From positions 18,724,001-18,788,000 of the forward strand of contig CM022678.1 of the NCBI GenBank assembly GCA_012295275.1: DNA of 64,000 bases, given 5' to 3'. Below are positions 56,277 to 64,000 of this stretch, in pieces. The notes beneath the pieces are model-generated. The model saw only the letters and a program-made list of their open reading frames with translations. It was not told the DNA's origin and did not search any database. Position 1 is the first letter of the stretch. Every line of letters begins with the position of its first letter. The position numbers and the translations under genes were made by a program. Origin of the DNA: Chrysomallon squamiferum (lineage: Eukaryota > Animalia > Mollusca).

Positions 56277-56621
56277 CCGGATGTTTAACATTGAATCATT
56301 ATAGAAGAGTCCAATGAAATTACTTCCTTACTGAGCAGATAACACAAAAAATTTATATAGTAGAAACACATGGTACCCACACATTGTACTGACAAAATAT
56401 CTTAATATACAGAGACACAGAAAGATGTTTTGCTTTACTTTAATTTCATTTATTTAATTTTATTTTATTTCATTCCCATTAGTTAATGTTATTTTAATTC
56501 AATTATTTCATTACATTTCAGTTATCAACTTTATTTTATTTTGTTTAAATGTGTTTTATTCAATTTTATTTTATTTTTTTAACATTACAAGAAAAACTGA
56601 AAATGGGATTTGTACATTTTT

Positions 56622-56660
<39 letters not shown>

Positions 56661-58050
56661 ACAAATCTAAAATAATATAATAATAAATAAATAAATAAAT
56701 AAATAAATAAAAAAGATGTTCAGTTTTTACATTTTACTAATCACAAATATATTATTCATACGCTACCTACTACTTCATGGCTTTACCATATCCCCGAGAA
56801 ACAAGGGACGTTACTCTATTACGAGTATAGCAGACTGGATCGATAATTTAATGGTTTGCCAAGCTCAGCAGCAGAGACAAAAATCTGGATTTTTAGTTTA
56901 AAAATATTGAGGTTAATTTTTTAATTATTAAAATGAATTAGATTTAAGAATAATATATATGTCTTAGCTGACAATGAGCTTATATGAGTCGCATAAGTAC
57001 AGTTCTCTCCACCCAACAATGCCGGATACATAGCGATAGGTAGGCGAACATTTTCAACTCGGTTAGTCGGTAGACTTATTTACTGTAAATGTGTTATATA
57101 CATCGACAGCTGGTTTCAATACTCACATTTATGTTAACTGTTTGGGCTATTAAAGGAAAAGTTAACATTTAAAACGGCAGGTTTTACTTTCAAATCACAG
57201 TTGCAAGATGGTTGCAATTAATCATTTATAATTCATTAATTTACGTTATCGAATAAATTATATCATGTACAGTCTTTATAACCAACTGTCGTCTGCATAA
57301 TTATCACTATTTTTAACTCCTTATAATTATCATTTTGTGGTGCCATTAACAAATACCAAAATATTAAATTATTAAACGACATCAAGAGGAAATTAAAGTT
57401 TCCTTTTGACCAATTAGCTGTTAGTGATTGTCCCAAATGTACACACAGTACACAAAAAAAAATCATGCAGCAGTACACCTGATCAAGTTCATGCTGGAAC
57501 AATGCAGTTTGCAGATACATAAACAAAATCTAAATTTCACATTGTCTCAGTGCTTGAACATTTTCAGGTACATGTTTGCTCATCTGTTTTTAGATGGATT
57601 CTTTGTTAATAAATTATTTATAATAATATTTGTTTCTGAATCAAATTAGCCCCTAAATTTTTCATAATAAATTACGATATTTCCTTTGAATTTGAATCAT
57701 GATTTATGTGAAATCACCAGAAAGCACCAGAATACTCTTCCCCTGATTTGAAAGTAGCTTTTGTAATTTGAACAGTAACTTTGTATCATTATTGCCATTA
57801 TTATTAATATTGTGTTATTATGGTTACTATCATTAATTATATCATTATTGTTATTATAATTATTATTTATTGGTTTGATCATCATCATATATATTTATAT
57901 AATTATTATTTTCTGATATTACTACTGCTATTATTATAATTATTATGTACTGAAATTGTTAAATTAATTGTTATTACTACTTATATTGTTTTATTTAAAT
58001 TCATAGATGATTTTCTTCACAACATGCTAGAGTTTAGCACTATTTGAAAA

Positions 58051-58167
58051 TTGGGTCAAACTAACTTAAGGCAGGAAACTTTCTGGGAGGCATGAGCCTT
58101 TGAACGAACTCACCTTGTGAAAAAATTCATAGAAGAAGGAATAGATGTTAATTATGTCTCATACACT
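58051..58167 (+). pseudogene. Isolated ankyrin-repeat-like exon with an in-frame stop
   Basis: Reads (L)GQTNLRQETFWEA*AFERTHLVKKFIEEGIDVNYVSYT|gtaagt; VKKFIEEGIDVN fits the ankyrin V..LL..GADVN pattern. TGA at 58093-5, TTG where an ATG would be expected, acceptor at 58005-6, and no following exon found. Confidence 0.6.
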
Positions 58168-59109
58168 GTAAGTTACATACAGTGAACTTTACAAAACCAG
58201 ACGCTGTCTAAACCTGAATTCTCCAAAACAGCACACAATGTACAGCAAAACAATTTACATGTCTTATAATACCTAAACCTCAATAAAAAAATAAAAAAAC
58301 ACACCCTCCAAACCAAATGTTTCTTTTTTAATCCTCATACTCTACAGTTATGAAAATTTGTTTTTGCATAGAACTTTATGAAAATGTTCTTAAAATTATG
58401 TTTTAAGTTATTCATTGTTAATACAATCATTATTGGGATGATTTTTTTTCTGAGAAAGTGTTTGATAAATATTGCCATTGTAAAAATTTAAAATATATAA
58501 TATTATTTTCATATTAAAATTTCATGGAAGTAATAAACTGTACAACATTGTATGTAGAAGACATTAGTTCTGATCCAAATATTATTTGTTCTCAAATTAC
58601 ACAGATATTTTAGTAAATAAATAAATAAATAAATAAATAAAACAAAATTAATAGGATGCCTAGTAAATAAATCTGGATAATTCCATTTCTCCTTACACTA
58701 TAAATCGATGTTTTATGGCAAGACAAATTCTGTACAGCAGTTAGTGTAAAATGAACAAACTGTTAGAGATCTTATCTGTTGATAGACTATATGATGATTT
58801 CGTGAACATAAATTAAATCACTAGTACAAGACATTTTTTTTGTTTTAGATTTGTTATATTACAGTAATAATAAGTCTGACTATCACTGATTACTTTTTAA
58901 AAATAAAATTCTAAATTGTAATTTTCTATAAGTATGCTAAATAATTGTTATTATATTTGTATTTTTTTATTATTTATTTTTCTTGTTATGGGCGTCTTTT
59001 GTACGAAAATACTAAATAATAATTGATATTTTCAGTTTTTCTTTTCAATCAGGCAACGCTATGCTAATTTTCGAAGGGGAACAACTCGTTTCCGACACGT
59101 GCACAAAAA

Positions 59110-59490
59110 ATGCATTATATTTGTTAGTTTGATAACAATGAAGAGATGTTTCGTTATTGTTGTTAGTTTCATCACAATGTATTGTTGTTTCATTATTGTT
59201 GTTAGTTTCATCACAATGTATTGTTGGTCCATTATTTTTCTTAGTTTCATCACAATGAAGAGATGTGTCATTATTGTTGTTTGTTTCATCACAATGTAGA
59301 GTTGTTTCATTATTTCTGTAAGTTTCATCACAATGTATTTTTGTTTCATTATTCTTCTTAGTTTCATAACTCTGAATACGTGTTTCATTATTTTTGTTAG
59401 TTTCATCACAACGAAGAGGTGTTTCATTCCTGTTTCTTTGATCACAATGTAGAGGTGTTTTATAATTTTTGTTAGTTTCATCACAAGGTA
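59110..59490. repeat. 39-bp minisatellite, second locus
   Basis: About 10 copies of TGTTAGTTTCATCACAATGTATTGTTGTTTCATTATTGT; explains ORF 59059-59484. Confidence 0.88.
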
Positions 59491-59511
59491 TATCTCTGTG
59501 TGTTTATGAGA

Positions 59512-59601
<90 letters not shown>

Positions 59602-59884
59602 CAGAGAGAGAGAGAGAGAGAGACGTCTAGTGTTTTTATTTACTTACCTATTTTATTTAGGATCTGCTTTGTGAAATATATATCTGCTAATAGAACTTCT
59701 TAGAATCTCAATTTATAATCAGATATTTTGATAAAAAATTCACATGACTGTTTTAAACATTAACAACTGCTGTTATAATAAGGTAAAAAGTTAAATCAAA
59801 TAATTTTCTTGTCACTTTTTTCCTTAATCATAGGAAGCAGTCTGTCATGGATAGATGTATGCGAATGTAAGTTTAACACACTCA

Positions 59885-59984
<100 letters not shown>

Positions 59985-60933
59985 ATATGTATATGTGTAT
60001 GTACCTATATGGTGTTTGTGTTTTTATATGTGAGTATGTGTGCGTCTTTACCTTTGTCTGTGTGTGTGTGTATTTGTGTGGTATGCGTAATCCATAATGT
60101 GGAGCTTATTTTTGGGAAATTACTTCCTTACTGTGTTTCTCTGTGTATGTGTGTGTATAATTTTGGAAATTGCTTCAGTAGAGAAGAGTCCAGTGAAGTT
60201 ACATCCTTATTGAGAAAATAATACAAAAAATTAATATAGTAGAGACACAAAATTAAATGAATGGTTTCCCAAGGACAGCAGCAGACAGAGAAATCTGGAA
60301 TTTTAGTCCAAAAATATTTATTATTAAAATTAATTATTTTTATAAATAATATATTTGTCTTAGATGACAACGAGCTTATATAATTCGCAAAAGGATAGTT
60401 TGGTCTCTCCACCAAACCATGCCGGATACACAGCGATAGGTAGGCCAACCTTTTCAACTCGGTTAGTTCGTAGCCTTATTTACTGTTATGTACATAGACA
60501 GCTGGTTTAAGCACCCACCTTGATGTTGATTGTTTGAACTATTAGTGATACAGTTAATACCTGTAACATTTAAAATGACGGGTTTTGCTTCTTTTCATAC
60601 ATGAAAGTTATTTGCTAATCATGTATCACTTTTGTAAATAAATTTAAAATAATCAAAAATATAATAAATTAAAAATAAATAAATAATTAAATAAAATAAT
60701 AATAATAATTGAAAAAATAATTAAACAAGGAAAATATTAAATAATCAATGTATATTGATATGAATGTATCATTCTATGTATGTATGTATGTATTTATATG
60801 TGTACGTATGAATCACATTCGTATGTGGATATAAAGGAAGTATTTCCAGCATAGTATGATCTCTATTCTAAATATAGACATGCGTCACTGTATAATATGA
60901 GAAAATGTTTATTTTTATTCTATGACATACCAG

Positions 60934-60945
60934 GAAACCGAAACT
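60934..60945 (+). promoter_or_regulatory. ISRE GAAACCGAAACT (promoter copy 3)
   Basis: Canonical ISRE core; 232 bp upstream of ATG 61166. Confidence 0.6.
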
Positions 60946-61165
60946 CCAAGTAGGACCGAAACGATCATAAACGACAGGACATTCTAAATTCTTCGAAAAT
61001 ATAAGTATTTTTTGTTTCTTTCTTGTTCGTCTAAAGTATTTAACATATTAAGATAGTGTGTTACGTATAGAAGAACAGATATTGGAAACTCGAATAACTT
61101 TCTCGCTCACGAATTTACAAGAACATTGAGATACCCGATTCTCGCGGACGGAAGTTTAATTAAAA

Positions 61166-61208
61166 ATGTTCCCGATGATAATTTTGCTGTTTGTTTTATT
61201 GCAGACAG
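61166..61208 (+). CDS. Duplicated first (signal-peptide) exon, copy 3; probable start of the next paralog or orphan
   Basis: Encodes MFPMIILLFVLLQT, then G|gtaagt; flanks homologous to copies 1 and 2. Confidence 0.65.
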
Positions 61209-62638
61209 GTAAGTGTGTTATGAATTCTTTAAAAACGTATTTGAATCTGTGTGCTGCATTTGTGTGTGAGGTTTGTATGTTCGTTCGGGCGTGGCCACAT
61301 AAAATATTTAGGCCACATAAAATAACTTAATTGTTTCATATTGTGTTAAAAATAACCAGACACTCTAATGATAGAACTGAGACAGGGAGACATAGTGCTC
61401 AGATAATTAAATTGTAAACTTTGTCGTTAAGTATTAATAAATTAAATATAATCCTAAACCACACACAGTTTATAATATCTACCTATCTAGTCATTTGCGT
61501 TCCTAAATTAATTAATTTGATTTTCTTCTTTTACCTTCATATAATAACATTTTATATATGTAGATATTATACACTTTAGATTATCCAAAGTGCCTGTATT
61601 AGTAGTCCGTAATACAGTACTGATAAAAAAATTAAAATTTCTTCACTATTTCCGAGCAACAGACTCTTTTCATAAATGTATCATTAGAAAGAGCAATATT
61701 TTATATATAGCAAAACACAGTGAAATTGAAGCTTAAATCAGCTACACGTGCAAACACTTTGTCTCAGAGAGACGTCAGCAGAGCGTGTTTACTGCCGAAC
61801 CACGTGATATGTAGTTGCCATGGAAGCCGGCGTGCTGGCCTCAATTCATTGCCCCGCACCCAAAGATTGTCACTAAATAGAAGTTAAAGCATACAGTCAT
61901 AAACTTTAGTTGATTTATGCAAAATGTATGTTCGTTAATTGCAATGTAGGTTGCGTTAAGCATAGAGATTTGGGAAACGTTAGTTACCAACTTAATGACA
62001 ACAATTTCTGAACAAGTCAGTTAGGGAGATCAGTTCAGATTTTAAAACACTAATGATTTTTTGTGCACACTGAATAAAAATTTCCATTTTATTATTCACG
62101 TATAAAAATGGTCATTTGTATAATAATCCTTCCTTAATCCTCCTTGAATTTCAGATAGTATATCTCTTCAAGATACAATTTTAACTATTGTTCAACACAG
62201 TAGTAAAAAAAATATGTAATAGGTCTATAATTTCCCCCTCCCCCGCCAATTTGATCTTAATTAACAACACTGAGTACAGCTTAAAAATATCTAGGCGATA
62301 TGAGCTGATCACGAGTGAAGGAAATATTTTCCGGCGTGACACGACTTATATTCTAAATATAGACATGTGTCATTGTAAAAATATGGAAAAAAGGTTTATT
62401 TCTAAATACGATGTATAAATATGGCCGAAGCAACCATAATGACATTCGTTCTATAATTTTTGAAAATATTTCAGTAAGTTTTGTTATTTTTATTTGTATT
62501 CGTCTAAAGTATTTGAAATGTAAAAATAGTGTGTTACGTATAGAAGAACAGATACTGGAAACTCGAATAAAGTTCTCGCTCACGAATTTAGAAGAACATT
62601 GAGACACCCGATTCACGCGGACCAAAGTTGAATTTAAA

Positions 62639-62681
62639 ATGTCCCCGGTAATAATTCTAGTGTTCCTTTTATCGCAGATAG
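62639..62681 (+). CDS. Duplicated first (signal-peptide) exon, copy 4; probable start of a paralog continuing beyond the window
   Basis: Encodes MSPVIILVFLLSQI, then G|gtaagt; downstream intron sequence is homologous to that after copies 1-3. Confidence 0.65.
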
Positions 62682-63332
62682 GTAAGTGTGTTTGAACTGT
62701 TTAGGAAGGTTTTCAGTCTGTGCACGTGTGCTCTGTTTGTAAGGTTTGAGTGTGTTTCCTCTCGTCCTTTTGTTTATGTATGTTCTCGCGTGCTCGTGTT
62801 TCTTGATTAGAAACATCCAAAGTTCATTTATATTGTAATAAAAATGACCAGGCACTCTAATGAGAAAACTGGAACAGGGAAATATAATATTCAGATAATT
62901 AAATTGTAAACGTGATAGCTAAGTATAAATAAATGAAATAAAATTCTTCATCCCACACAATTTATAATACAGAAAAATATAATATTGTACACCTAGACTC
63001 GGCTCCGAAAACTACATCTGATTATTAAAAAACAGCTATCGTCTCATCGTCATCAAATACATATAGCGGTAGAATTTAACAATTTCTGACTATTTTGGGC
63101 GCTTTGCCGTTTTGGGTAGATCGCAGTCCCCAATTTATGTTGATTAGGCCCAATGCTCAAAAAGCCCTGAGGAGCCCACACATTTTTATTTTTGTTTTCT
63201 TTCTTTATTTTATTATTATTTTTTTAATATATATGCCTTTCAATTATTTAATAGCAAAGTTAAAAATACAGATCTGAAAATTTTGGAAATATTTTAACAC
63301 GTTTTGTAGTTTGCTTCTTAGTTTGACCCACG

Positions 63333-63372
<40 letters not shown>

Positions 63373-63401
63373 GTATGTATCTACGTATGTATGCATGTAT
63401 T

Positions 63402-63436
<35 letters not shown>

Positions 63437-64000
63437 GTATGTATCTACGTATATATGCATCCATGTATGTATGTATGTATTTATGTGTGTATCTATGTAT
63501 GTATGTATTTATGAATAAAAGAACGCACTGGAAAAGGAAATTCTTTTATTACTTAACAAAATTTAATCATTTTCTAATTTTATCTCTAGGGATTCGATTT
63601 AACTTAAAATTGACCATTGTAATGTTTATTATAGTGTGCTTTGGTTCTATGTTTTTTTGTTTATTAATTTATTTTACTTCGTTCATCAACATTTTCGTGT
63701 TATTCTGAAAATCGGATACAGACTAAAATGTCTTTTAGACTAGGTTTTTTTCTGTAAGCTATGACGGGTCGTGCTGTTAGAGGATTTTTCATAGTAGTCT
63801 GTAAATTAAAATATTGCTCCTTCATAATTTTACCAACGTCAACGTTGCGGCGATTGTAAATTATTGGAAAACTTATTTTATCTCTCTTTTTACATCTGCC
63901 CGACTCAACATTTATTCCGAATGGTTTTATGGTTTGTAACGTGCGAATCCAAAACGCTTCTCGTTGAAGTCTCGAGAATTGGCGTCGGTTCTGTTGGGAT

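Noticed and set aside
59059-59484. 141-aa repetitive ORF (also 42976-43206)
   Set aside because: Product of the 39-bp minisatellite; no splice or domain support.

Overview
AT-rich, microsatellite-dense eukaryotic DNA with GT-AG introns; the gene content suggests a lophotrochozoan, probably a mollusc (inference). Three genes can be rebuilt by hand with phase-consistent splice sites. (1) SMNDC1/SPF30 on the minus strand, 7 coding exons, 238 aa, with an NRF1-type promoter palindrome. (2) A minus-strand 727-aa protein in two coding exons: an IFIT/TTC22-like TPR solenoid fused to a C-terminal TIR-like domain. (3) A plus-strand 13-exon, 915-aa receptor tyrosine phosphatase: signal peptide, ShKT-like domain, long EGF/laminin-EGF array, TM helix and one atypical PTP domain (KNIY/WMD/HCSDGVGR). 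The promoter plus signal-peptide exon of this receptor occurs four times, and three copies carry an ISRE-like element about 233 bp upstream of the ATG. Between these genes lie an 8.3-kb higher-order tandem array, a duplicated decayed exon resembling 2'-5' oligoadenylate synthetase (OAS), ~2.8-kb direct repeats, a 200-N gap and a Tigger/pogo-like non-autonomous transposon; an ankyrin pseudo-exon follows the PTP gene. Together the region looks like a fast-evolving, possibly IRF-regulated innate-immune locus. Most short ORFs in the supplied track are microsatellite artefacts. No database searches were run; family assignments rest on motifs recognised by eye.
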